Shown piece by piece: positions 12,940 to 24,499 of a stretch of 64,000 nt of DNA. Numbering within the stretch: the stretch's first letter is position 1; every line of letters starts with the position of its first letter. A program made the position numbers and the translations under genes. Below the pieces are notes generated by a model. It did not search any database and was not told the DNA's origin. It saw only the letters and a program-made list of their open reading frames with translations. Origin of the DNA: Mobula hypostoma (taxonomy: Eukaryota); NCBI RefSeq assembly GCF_963921235.1, contig NC_086109.1:22632001-22696000 (forward strand). Direction: 5' to 3'.

Positions 12940-13510
12940 TTTCAATCCATTCAAGGGTTGTGGACTTCAGAGATTGAGCCAGAATTTAATTGCTCATCCC
13001 TAGTTACCCTTGAGAAGGCAATGATGAGTTGTCTTCTTGAAATGCTATAGTCCCTGAGATGTGGATATACCCTCAATGGTGTTGGGCAGGGAGTGCCAGA
13101 ATTTTGACCCAGTGATGCTGAAGGTAGTACACTACACTTCCAAGTCAGAATAGAGTGTGCCTTGGAGGGCAACTTACAGGTAGATTTGTTCCCATGTATT
13201 AGCTGTCCTTCTCCTTATAGGTGGTCGAGGTTATGGGTTTGGAAGTTGCTATTTAAGGAGTCTAGGTGAGCTGCTGCAGTAAATCCTGTAGGTGGTGCAA
13301 AGTGTTGTTATTGTACATCAGTGCTGGAGTAAGGGAATGGTTGTGATTGGGGTGTCTATCAAGTTGGGTGGTAGGTTCTGTATGGTGCTGAATGTCACTG
13401 AAGCTGCTGTCATCCAGGCAAGTGGAGAGTATTCCATTACACCACCAACTTAATCCTTGTAGAAAGTGGACAGGCTCTGGGCAGTTAGAGGTAAAATACT
13501 GATGTCAAGA
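12940..13510 (-). mobile_element. Old L2/CR1-group LINE 3' fragment
   Basis: Minus strand retains a degenerate ...GSKFW(N/H)SLPN... C-terminal motif; a matching plus-strand 3' end lies at ~13830-13990. Confidence 0.55.
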
Positions 13511-15200
13511 CTTCAAACAGGACAGGATCTCTGCAGCAAAAACATACGTTAGACCATAAGACATAGGAGCAGAATTAGGCCATTCAGACTAATGTTGTGG
13601 TTAAGTGCTCAGCAGAGTCCAGACAACACAAAATGCGTCTCAGGATTTCAGTAGTTTGTGAGTTGAGCAAAATTAAATTTTAATTCATTTGAAACACTCT
13701 GAACAGATTAACATGCAAATTGAACCACTGCTTGAAGCCAGAAACAATTACATGTAAATACTTGAAGACCGAAAGCATACATAACATTGGAAACAAGGAA
13801 AGTGCGTAAACTGGTACAACATTACAACTACTTCTGGCTAAGAATTCTGAAACACTCCACATCACTGTGGGAGTATCTTTTCAACAAGGACTGAGGCGAT
13901 TCATAAAGGCAACTCCCCCATATCTTTTTAAGAGCAATTTCAATGTGCAATTAATGTTGGCCTTGTTTCTGATTCCTACAACTCCAGGATGAATAAATCT
14001 CTCCTTGATCTTTAACAATACAACCAAAAGTTTAAAAACATTCTCCAGAAGGCAGCTAATTGCATTAATGAGCAGGGATTAATTAATTGAGAAGCTTTTT
14101 TTTGACTGCCTGAAACTGCTACAAGCTTGAAAGTAGCAGTTAAAAAAAGGCAGGGAGCTACAGAATTATTTGATGTTTAATTATTGTAGAAGCCAAATAT
14201 TTCACGCCTGCTCTTTCCCCTCAGGGTCTGAGAGCTCCAGCATTCTACACACTTCAGCTGGTTTCTTCATGGGTCTGATTTTACGGGGTTTTACCATAAT
14301 CAGTGCGGTTCTGTGAGATCTGGTTAGCTCTGCTTGAAAGAATGATGGATGCAGGTTCCATTGTAAGAATTAAAATGGGACCGGATTAAAAATTGAAGAA
14401 GGTAGATGGAAAGAGCAATGGGAACGGGAATACTTAGATAGCTCTTTTAAAGAGGCTTTTTCCCTTTGGTTGGATGAGACAAAAACGGTAAAGTATTCAT
14501 GGGGGATCTGAAGGGAAACTACTTCACTCTGAGGTGTGGTCTCAATTATAATATTGAAGAGAAGTTTGGATGGGTACATGGGTGAAAAAGGTATGAGGGC
14601 CACGATCTAGGTGCGGGTAATTGGGACTAACTGGAAAAGCCAGACTGGCACAACAAGGTGGGCCAGATTTGTTGCAGGCATGATGGAGAGAATGGTCTCC
14701 TTTGTTCTATGATTCAAAGGCTCAAGTAAGTGTGTTGGTTATTTAGAACTTTACATAGAATTACAGAGCACAGAAATAACTGGTAAAACTTTGATGTTTA
14801 TGCTGCACATAAATCTGACATCATGCTTGGCCTGATTTGCTGGTGTTTCCAGCAGTTCCTGTTTTTATTTCAAATTTCCTGCATCTGCAGCTTTTTTTTG
14901 CTTTTCATCAACAGGAGTAATGCATTTCATTAGCAAAATCAAAGTTCAAACTCCAAAATAAATTTGATACCGAATGACTTTTTGGGGGGCATTTACAGTA
15001 GATACAAATAAACATAAAGGAATCAATGAAAAAACTAGTCACAAACAAAGATGGATAAACAACCAGTGTGCAAAAGTTGACAAACTGCAAATACAAAAAT
15101 AAAAACAATAATAGTAATACAAATAAGGCATAATGTTACTTAAAATTATAATATATTAATATATGTATAATATATATTCAGTTATATTATAAATAATATA

Positions 15201-15614
15201 CTTAGTCCATTATGCCGCTGGTGTTTAGGGCAGAAATGAAGGTCCTCGATCTCTAGCGGTGTTCAGGGCTTACTTCACCATGTCAGTAGCTTCCTCTCAG
15301 TTTTCACCACTGTTAGTCATGAAAATCCTGGGTGGAGACTCAGGAATACTGTTGCACTCGGGTGTAGAAGGATTCTTCATTACTGTTTCTGTAACAATTC
15401 CGCTTTACCAGTCAGGGTTGCTAGACATGAGCTGAACCCCCAAACCTGGAGGACTGGTGGACACTCTTAGTCTGGACTCTACTTTTGACCTGTTGGCACG
15501 GGTGACCCTACCAGCAGTCAAAGCATAAGGCCCTGACTCCAACCAACATAGCTCTCCAGGTCACTGAGGCATGCAAGCCTCCAAACCACGACAAGGTTGT
15601 GGTCCTCTTGGAGA
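15201..15614 (-). mobile_element. Non-autonomous bipartite RTE-clade element (family A)
   Basis: 12-bp TSD ataaataatata (15189-15200 and 15615-15626). RTE/Expander-like 5' UTR joined to a short RTE C-terminal remnant. Homologous to 54144-54569. Confidence 0.8.
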
Positions 15615-15859
15615 ATAAATAATATAATTGAATAAATAATATTAAATCAGTATGAGTTGAAGCACCCTGATCAGTTAGGGGCATAGAAATTGCCAGACTA
15701 AACAGGGATTACTAAGCATTCTTTCAGGATAGTATATAGGTTACAGATGCTCAGTGAATGGACCATTAACTCTGAGCTCAGATGATCAAGTCCTGCACTA
15801 AGGACTAAAAGCCAAATATCAAACTGTCAACGTCATTCCTGTGACAGATCGTTAAAAGA

Positions 15860-16657
15860 TCCAAAAGCTCAACATCAACAAAATGAAAGAGCTGCTCATT
15901 GACCTCAGAAGAGGGGTGGTGCACATGCTCCTGTCTACATCAATGGTGTTCAGGCTGAGAGGGTTGATAGCTTCGGGTTTCTAGGAGTGAATATCACCTA
16001 ATGCCTGTCCTGGTCCTACCATGTCAACGTCATGACCAAGAAAGATCACCAATGCCTCTACTCACTCCCTCAGGAGGCTAAAGAAATTTAGCATGTCCAA
16101 GTTGACTGTGACCAATTTTTATTGATTCTGTGACCTTTTTTATTGATTCTGTTTTGAGCATTCTATCAAAGCTTGGCATTGCAACTGCTTTGCACATGAC
16201 TGCAAGAAGCTTCAGAGGGTTGTGAAGACAGCTCAGCACACCATGGGAACCATCTTCCTCTCCATGGACTCCATCTATACTTCTCAGTAAAGCAACCAAC
16301 GTAATCAAAGACCTCACCCACCCTAGACATTGTCTCTTCTGCTCTCTCCCATCAGGTAGAAGATAAGCAGTACCACCAGGCACAAGAACAGTTTCTATCC
16401 CACTATTATCAGTCTCTTGAATGCACCACTTGCCAAGAAAATTGAGTCTTGACTTCACAATCTATGTTGTTATGATCTTGCACCTTATTGTTTACCTGCA
16501 CTGCACTTTCTCTTTAGCTGTTACGATTTATTCTGCATTGTTGTTTTACCTTGTTCTACTTCAATGCACTGTGTAGTGATTCGATCTGCATGAACAGTAT
16601 GCAAGGGAAGCTTTTCACTTTATCTTGGTACGTGTGAGAAGAATAAACCAGTACAAG
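15860..16657 (+). mobile_element. Rex1/Babar-like LINE 3' fragment
   Basis: Degenerate LNINKMKELLIDLR, FRFLGVNI and IKDLTHPRHCLF motifs, followed by a 3' UTR with AATAAA. Confidence 0.8.
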
Positions 16658-17340
16658 TGTAGCCCCCCAGCAGGCCTCCGGGTCGCTCAGCTTGCTGTTG
16701 TCTAGGGAAGCAGCCCTCGGCCCCGCCAAACTGGGTAATAGTTTGTGTGGATGCTGTGTGATGTACCCCACCCTGCCAAATAACAGACAATACACCAGAT
16801 ACAATTAAATAAATTACAGTTTATAAGTATTTCTGGAACTATATAATTAATAGAGAATAGAATATAAAAGGAAAATAAAAGGTGCCACACTTATCAAAGT
16901 TCAATCTCTTCGTGCACAAACAGTTGGAGCTCAGGACTCTCCTTCTTCACCCTGCGATCCCCTCGGACCACCTCGATCTGCTGCCTGGGACCAACAACAG
17001 TGGTCGACCAGATGCTCCACACGAGTCCATCTCTGTCTCCTCTCCTTACTGAACACCCTGGACCTTGAACTCCTGCTCGGGGTCTGACCCCGTTAGCGGA
17101 CTCACAGCACCTGGTCCATCCTCTGTCTCTCTCTCCCGCCTTCTGCCAAAAACCCGCGCATCACAATATCTTACAGACACACAGAAAAAATAACATCTAT
17201 TCCAATTGGTTCGTAACATCTTCTTATGAATAACATAATCCAAACAAACTGCTAGCGGGAGGACTTTCTCAGCAGTTAACATAACAAAGAAGCCATTTTA
17301 ATTAGACTACGCAGTAACATAAAAGAAGAAACCCCTTACA
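16658..17340. mobile_element. Solo LTR (683 bp)
   Basis: Ends TGTA...TACA with a 4-bp TSD caag (16654-16657 and 17341-17344). Inserted in the tail of the preceding LINE. Confidence 0.85.
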
Positions 17341-17962
17341 CAAGTACCAATAATATTAGACTGATGCTACATGGAGTTTTGTCTGAGCTATCAAACTAAG
17401 GTTTTGTCTACCCTGTCCACTGTGTGTGACCTTGTTACTTACATATTTTTTATCTTCATTCCAACAATGACTTCTCTTCAAAACAAAGAACTTAAGTGCT
17501 TTGTGGTAACCCAAGGCTGGGGAAGGCTTACATAAAATGCAAGTTCTTTCTTTGATTGGGTGCCTCTGTTTTGCATGTGAGCAACAGGAGGCCGTTGAGA
17601 CCTGGTACGTTTCACATCTGGGCCTGGCATTAACATGTTCACCACCAGAGGTCAGTGAGCTGTGATGAAGAAATGAAAACCATGGGCTTGATGGTTCAAG
17701 ACAGAGCTGGATCACCCACTTAAAGCAAAAGAGCTACATGGCAGGTCCTTTAGTTGCATGACCTGCTAGAGAAAGCAATGTAGCAATGCTAAATTGCATT
17801 TCTGCTGGGTTAATTTAAAAAATTAAATCTCCACATTCTTAATGTATTTACCAGAAATGCATTTGGGATTGGAATTGGAACTGGATTCAGTTTATTATAC
17901 ACATATGCACCCAGGTATAGTGGCAAACTTGTTCAAAGTAAATTTATTATGAAAGTACATAT

Positions 17963-18253
17963 GTGTTCGTCCATCGTCGACGTCGATGAGGACCTCAACA
18001 CCATTATGATAGTGTCGAGACTAGCACGTGATTTCAATTTAAGTGAGGGAGAGTTGCGCAGCGTCAGCCTCACTCTCTCTTCCCAATTCCCATCTGGATC
18101 CAGGGGCAAGACAGAGTCGAGATGGCTGGAGATGGGACTAGGCGCAGTGGATGACCAGGACATCTTCTGTGTCTTGTCCTGCTCTACACGTTCCACGACG
18201 CTTGCAGAGACCACCTTCTTGACCGTTGGACCATCCGTTGGTCTCGTCCACTC
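17963..18253 (-). mobile_element. 5'-truncated RTE-related non-coding element (family B)
   Basis: 11-bp TSD aaagtacatat (17952-17962 and 18254-18264). Shares the gcagtggatg.cca.gacatcttct.tg.cttgtc block with 23391-23915. Inserted in a minus-strand Rex-like 3' end. Confidence 0.75.
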
Positions 18254-19043
18254 AAAGTACATATATGTCACCATAAACAGATATGCCTTGTGTACTTTAC
18301 ATGCTGATTAATTCATGACACAGTGTATTGAGGCAGTACTAGATTCGACAATACCAGAGTGCAAATGAAGTGTTACAGCTAAAGAGAAAGTGCAGTGCAG
18401 GTAGACAGTAAGGGTAATGAGGTAGATTGTGAGGTCAAGAGCCCATCTTATGTAGGGAATGGCTAAGAGCAATCAATCAGGAGCATGTGAAGGAAGGAAG
18501 GGGGTAGGCAAGGCATGTTCTGCTTCCACCAATTAAGCATGGATACAAGTATTTGTGTGTCAGATTAGTGTTTCTCCAAAATGGGTTCAGTTCAAATACA
18601 TGTGCAAGGCCCTGCAATCAATCCAACAGACTTCCAAAAAACAAATAACAATTTGCATTTATACGCCAGCTCTAAAATAAACAAGTGCTCTTTGATGCTT
18701 CAGGGAAAAAAAAACTGACAGCAAGGCTCAGGGTGAAATATTAAGCTGGAAGCTTGGTCACAGTGAGAAATTTTAAGAAGTGTATTCAGGAGGAGAAAGA
18801 GGTTGATGTGGTTGGGGTTGAATAAGGTTTCAGAGTTCATGGGTGACGTTGATGGAGGAACAAAAACTTGAGGTGTGCAAAAGCCCAGGAACGGAAGAAT
18901 ACTGAACTGTCAGAGCAAAGGAGTGGGGTGTGTCGGCAGTGAGATGGCGGGCTGGAGAGACAGTGGGGAGAAGGGAGGTTGAGGACAGGTTTGAAAATAA
19001 GGAGGAGTTTTAAAATCAAGATCTCATTGGAATGGGATCTAAC

Positions 19044-20380
19044 GTAAGTCAATTATTCAAACAGTGGCCCCACCGAGTGGCAACGGGGAGGAGGTGGACC
19101 CCATCTGAAGCCATTCAGAGTGCTAAGTCTGCTCTTCGCTTCAGGGATGTGGTTGGCCAAGTCCAACATGGGAGAGCCGGTCTCAAGCTTGTCCCAAAAG
19201 CTCCTCAGTGGCACAAGGCAACATCAGTGCAGAAGAGACGGCTCGTGGTGGAGGAGGTGAGAAGACAGGAGGAGACAGAGTGACATGCCAGGGCCATCTC
19301 AATGGCCAAGCAGGGCCAATGGACTAATTGGGAGAGCCTGGAAAAGGGGAAACTTAGCTGGTGTGACATCTGGCAGATGGAGGGATCTCAGCTAAGTTTT
19401 GTCATCAGAGTCACTTATGACCTCCTACCCACACCCCAGAACCTGAACCAGTGGTGGGGAGAAGACCCCGCTTGCTTTCTTTGTCGAGCACCTGGATCAC
19501 TAAGGCACATTTTAACAGGATGCACCATGAGCCTCACCCAGGGGTGGTACACTTGGCGGCATAACCAAGTTCTCAGACAGCTGGCATCAATCTTGGAACA
19601 GAGGTGAATCACCACAAATGCTCTCCCACAGACATTGGCAGGAAATGTCCACATCACACGATTTGTGCCAGCAGGCCAACCTCCGGAGCACCGTATAACA
19701 TCAAAAGATGTAAGCATTCTGCAGGTTGCTCGGGACTGGAAAATGGACGTGGAGTTGGAAAAAAAGCTTGTGTTTCCCCCAGACATTGCGGCTACAACAC
19801 TCCGGCCAGACATGGTCCTGTCATCCACAACAGCCAAGCTGGCATATGTTGTGGAATTGACAGTACCATGGGAAGATGGTGTCGAAGAAGCTTATGAGAG
19901 GAAAAAGACCATGTATTCTGAACTGGCAGCTGAAGCTGCCCAGAATGGCTGGAAGACCAAGATTTTCCCTGTAGAAGTGGGATGCAGGGGATTCGTTGCT
20001 GCATCTACGACCAGTCTATTGAGGAAGGTGGGGGTGAGGGGTCACTCCCTCCAACAAGCAATCAAGTCCTTGTCAAATGCAGCAGAAGAAAACAGCAATT
20101 GGATTTGGATTAAAAGGAAAGACAACAACTGGGCTGCAAGATGAAGACAGGAAGGTATGGAACTGAGGGAGGTGTATCTGGGACACCAGGTAGCACCGTT
20201 TAGCCCTCCGGAGATGTTGTGGGCTTATCAACGAAACGTCAAAGAAGGAGGGTGTCCACCTGATGACCCCAATGACGTACCTACCCTCCCTCCTTGTCAC
20301 CACTCCAAACCCACTGCCAACATCGAGAGTGTCAACTTACCATAGGGATTGAAACATCAAGTCCTAGTAGCTCTACCGCT
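19044..20380 (+). mobile_element. Hero-clade (RLE-endonuclease) non-LTR retrotransposon, 5'-truncated
   Basis: One frame 19032-20144 with TGA stops at 19281 and 19605. Contains the CCHC knuckle CFLC...LRHILTGC, then RHNQVL, RPDMV...ELTVPWE...RKKTMY...PVEVGCRGF, followed by a 3' UTR. Confidence 0.85.
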
Positions 20381-20909
20381 AATGAATACAGAGATGCTGG
20401 ATGACCAGACTGAGGCATGAGTTAGGATGTGGGCAGCAGAGTTTTGGATGAATTTGTTTATCACGGATTCTTGAAAAACTGAAGCATCTAAAAGATTTTG
20501 GACTTAGCTGGCAAGATTTCTTCTTTATAAAGAGGCAGTGGTTATACTGATATATATTTGGCATTGATGCTTGTATGAGTAATAAAGTATAAGACTTGGG
20601 TTGGCTTTCTCAGACAAGATTATGTTTAAACATATGTGGCAGGATATGATTTGAGAGGAATATTTTTTCCCATATATGGCTATAGGCACTGCAGTCTGTC
20701 TTTAAACACTTCCAGTTGTGGGTTTGCTTCACCAGTGCAATGCACAACACCGAGAGCAACACACAACTGTTTCACCCATAAGTCACTGATGAAAGGTTAA
20801 AATGGTGGTCACTGTGAGATGGTTCAGGCAGCTGCGTAGCCTTGAAAGAGCATTTAGTGAATTGTGACTTGGTATTGAAATGTATTAAAGACATGTATTA
20901 TACAAGTCT

Positions 20910-21295
20910 GATATGCCTATTGTCAGGCAGAAGGTTCAGAAGCCTGCAATCCCACACCACAACATTCAGGAAGAGTTACTTTGCCGTAAACATTATTTCT
21001 TTAACTGAGCTTCACAAGGCAAACTCTGCCTCAGCAGCAGAACACAACAGACCATTCTTGCACTAGCATGGACTTGTCGCTGATTGTGTGTGAGTGTGTG
21101 TGTGTGTTTGCACTAAGGACTTTGTTTTTGCAAAGTCTACTTTTCTCTTTCTCCACTCTCTTGTATAATTTATGTCTAATTTATGCATAATTTATGTTCT
21201 CTATGTTGTTTCTAACTACGTGACGTGGCTACAAGCCAGTTTTTAATTGTACCCCACCATATTTGTGCTCAAGACAATAAACTCAACTTGACTCA
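20910..21295 (+). mobile_element. Rex1/Babar-like LINE 3' fragment
   Basis: LLSGRRFRSLQSHTTTFRKSYF motif in ORF 20842..21066, then a 3' UTR ending aataaactcaacttgact. Confidence 0.7.
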
Positions 21296-21489
21296 ATTTA
21301 TTTATTCTTTGTTTCTGCCTACAATCCAGGAAGAGGTAGCAACCAGTGACAACCAAGGGTTCAGAGTCTAAGTGCCTCTGAAAGAAATAAATTCTTCACA
21401 TCTCCTGATTATGCTGTGTCAGCTTGGGGCTGTCCAGGAAACCAATTGGCCTTGTTATCTCTTGCACGTGACTGATAGAAGCCAGTCAG

Positions 21490-21925
21490 CCATCCTGCTT
21501 CCCAACTGTGGACCCAGTTCAGAACATCATGGGAGCCAGCCTCCCCTCTATGGACTCTGTCTGCATTCCTCGCTGCCTCAGTAAGGCAGCTAGCATGATC
21601 AAAGACCTCACCCACACCGGACATACAAAAGCCTGAAAGCACATACCACTAGTAAAAAGGAGAGCTTTTATCACACTCTTATCAAACTCTTGTACAATAA
21701 GATAGACTCTTGGCCTCACAATCTACCTTTTTATTATCTTGCACTTCATCATCTATCTGCACTTCTTCAGAGGCTTTTACATTTTATTCTGCATTGTTAT
21801 TGTTTTACCTTATTCTAGCTCAATATAATGTGTAATGATTTGATCTGTATAAAAAGTATGCAAAAGAAGCTTTTTACTGAATCTTGGTATATGTAACAGT
21901 AATATGCTGTTACCAATATCAATAC
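21490..21925 (+). mobile_element. Rex1/Babar-like LINE 3' fragment
   Basis: Colinear with 16190-16657 (KAASMIKDLTH motif and shared 3' UTR). Confidence 0.7.
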
Positions 21926-22224
21926 ATCTACTTGAATTTGTGTGTGATCATTGTGTAAGGATGTGCATGTGCATCCCTCTGTGATGCAAAAACTCAAGGA
22001 ATGTTGTCATGAAGAATGGACACTTGGGTAACTCTAATAGAGATGTCAGCATCTCCAGTTCTTCAGAAAAGAAAGAGATGAAAGAGAATTTAAGTTGGTC
22101 AAATAAAAGCAGAAAGCATAACCCATAAACCTTAGGCAGTCCATGATCTCTGGCTTACTTAAATCAGCCCATTAATAATAAATTCAATAAGTCTTTAGAA
22201 TAAAACTTAGAGCCACAAGACTGA

Positions 22225-22720
22225 CTGCCAATGCTGGTATGCTAGAGCATTTCACAAAATGCTGAAGGAACTCAGTGGGTCTTGCAGAATTTATGGACTG
22301 AAATGGATGGTCAAGATTGCAGTCCGAGGCCCTTCATCAGGACTGGAAAGAAAGAGGAGAGGAGCCTGATTAGAAGGGTAGGGGGAGGGGGAGAAGCACG
22401 GGCTGGCGGGTGAAAGGTGAGTCCAAGATTTTATTCGACAGTCCACAATTTTCTCTTATCCGATTCCATCTTCTTCAGTCCTTCATCACTTTCACCTATC
22501 ACTTTCCAGCTTCTTATATCATTCCCATTCTTCCATCCCCACCTGCCTATCATCCCTGTTTAACTTGGATCTACATATCAGCGGCCAGCTTCTGTTCCAC
22601 TTCTCCCTGCACCCTTTTATTCTGGCTTCTACCCTTGTCCTTTCCAGTCCTGAGGAAGTGTCTTGACACACAAAGTCGGCTGTCCACTTCCTCGATAAAT
22701 ACTACTTGACCTGCACTTTG
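22225..22720. mobile_element. Old Penelope 3' end with inverted pLTRs
   Basis: Minus-strand pLTR (…cccttcatcaggactgg) joined to a plus-strand pLTR (ccagtcctgaggaag…). Hammerhead cores are degenerate. Confidence 0.7.
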
Positions 22721-23263
22721 TCTGAGAATAAAACATAGTAAATAGATCATAACTGCTAAAGTGTGTATGGGCAGAGGAGGGATTTGAGGAATGGCAGAGT
22801 TCCTGAGGGAGGGTGAGGTGTGCACATTTCATAGAGGATTGGATTCCCAGCACCAAGACGAGCCCCTTTCAGACATACCGAAGTAGACTACACAGACACC
22901 ATGGAAGCTATTGAATAGCTGGTATTATCGTATCCAATCATTATTATTCTGGAAATGGATTCCAGACGGGTGTTGCAGACAGCTGGACTCCACCGTGCAT
23001 GCCTGGGAACTTCAATACGTTTTTGCAAGGGCCCATGAGTGTTTTGGAATGAAAACTATGCGCCTTCTGTGCCTCACCTAAAATTGCTGAGTTCTTCTGT
23101 TTCATTCACATTTTAATTTTCACATAGGTTGTTCTGTGCTGCATGCAGTTTCTGGGCAATTACCTTTATTAAAGTTTTGCTGCCTCCTAACAATCAGTTG
23201 TCTAGTTTTGTTAACATTTAATGAGATATTCAATGGTTAAAGTTCAAAGCAAATTTCTTAGCA

Positions 23264-23270
<7 letters not shown>

Positions 23271-23320
<50 letters not shown>
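23271..23320. repeat. (TG)25 microsatellite
   Basis: Direct reading. Confidence 0.98.
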
Positions 23321-23323
<3 letters not shown>

Positions 23324-23390
23324 ATTACCATATATTACCTTGATTTCCATTTTCTTTCTGGCATTTATAGAAAAAATAAAGAAATACAAC

Positions 23391-24166
23391 GAATGATGGT
23401 TGTCCATCAATGACAGGAAACCTGGTGGGAGTGTTTTTAAAGTGGAAAAGCCATTGCACTGGGAAAGTTTCACTCTCTCAGCCTCAGAAGTCTTGGTCCA
23501 GTGGTTCGAACCAGTGTCACAAACTGGGGTCTTCCTTGGTTGCAGTGGATGGCCATGACATCTTCTATGCCTTGTCATGCCCTTCGCTCTCCACAGAGCA
23601 TTGCAGTACCACCTTCCTAGTCATCGAATCTCCTTGTAGATCTCATCTGCCCAGTTCAACATAATAGTCTTCACATGCTACGACAGGCATGCCCTATCTC
23701 TCTGGGGTATGAGGCCCCTGGCTACCCTCACCTGGTTTAGCCTGCCTGCTGAAACAGTGTACTGGGTGTGGCCACTGTGCAATGCCAACAGCTACTTGGA
23801 GCCAGAGGCGAGAGCTGAGTGGCTGGTGGGGACCAAAGGTGAGTGAACTGCCCCGGAATGGACACCTCAAGCCCCTTCAGCAGAGGTACTACCCCTCCCT
23901 GGACACCCCATAGACCAGTGGTCCCCAACCACTGGGCCGTGGACCGGTACCAGGCCGCAAAGCATGTGCTACCGGGCCACGAGGAAATGATATGATTAGC
24001 GATATGAAACGATATGAGTCAGTTGCACCTTTCCTCATTCCCTGTCACGCACTGATGAAATTGAACACCCCCGCCCCCCTACTGTTGGCTGGTCTGCAAG
24101 AATATTGTCAATATTAAACCAGTCGGTGGTGCAAAAAAGGTTGGGGACCCCTGTCATAGACCCTGG
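23391..24166 (-). mobile_element. RTE-related non-coding element (family B), probably full length, interrupted by a hAT MITE
   Basis: 12-bp TSD aagaaatacaac (23379-23390 and 24167-24178). RTE-type 5' UTR (gggaggggtagtacctctg…ggctccaagtagctg…ggctaaaccagg on the minus strand). Confidence 0.75.
23916..24153. mobile_element. hAT/Charlie-type MITE
   Basis: Terminal inverted repeats cagtggtccccaacc / ggttggggacccctg; 8-bp TSD ccatagac / tcatagac. Confidence 0.9.
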
Positions 24167-24499
24167 AAGAAATACAACAGAAAAAAAACAGACATAAACA
24201 AAGATTGACAAACAACCAATGTGCAAAAGAAGACAAACTGTACAATTAAAAATAATACTGAGACCATGGGTTAAAGAGCCCTTGAAAGTGAAAGTGCAGA
24301 TTGTAGAATCAGTTCCAAGTTGTGGTGCGTTGTTATCCATGCCATTTCAGAGGCCTAGTGGTTGCAGAGTAAGAACTGTCCTTGAAGCTGGTAGTGTGTT
24401 ACCAGCAGAAATGAAGGAAATAACAATAGTTAGCCCTTATCCAATTGCCCATTAAATCATTTGATCAGTGAGTTAGTTTCAGTAAAAAAGCAAATAAAA

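Noticed and set aside
20228..20270. Type-II hammerhead in the Hero 3' UTR (GAAACGUC … CUGAUGA)
   Set aside because: The flanks that would form stem II (atcaac and cccc) do not pair, and stem I does not close next to the core.
22300..22690. Functional hammerheads in the 22 kb Penelope remnant
   Set aside because: The GAAA core positions are mutated in both arms.
22860..23080. Possible host coding exon
   Set aside because: The frames tested from the candidate splice sites contain stops, and the acceptor lacks a polypyrimidine tract.
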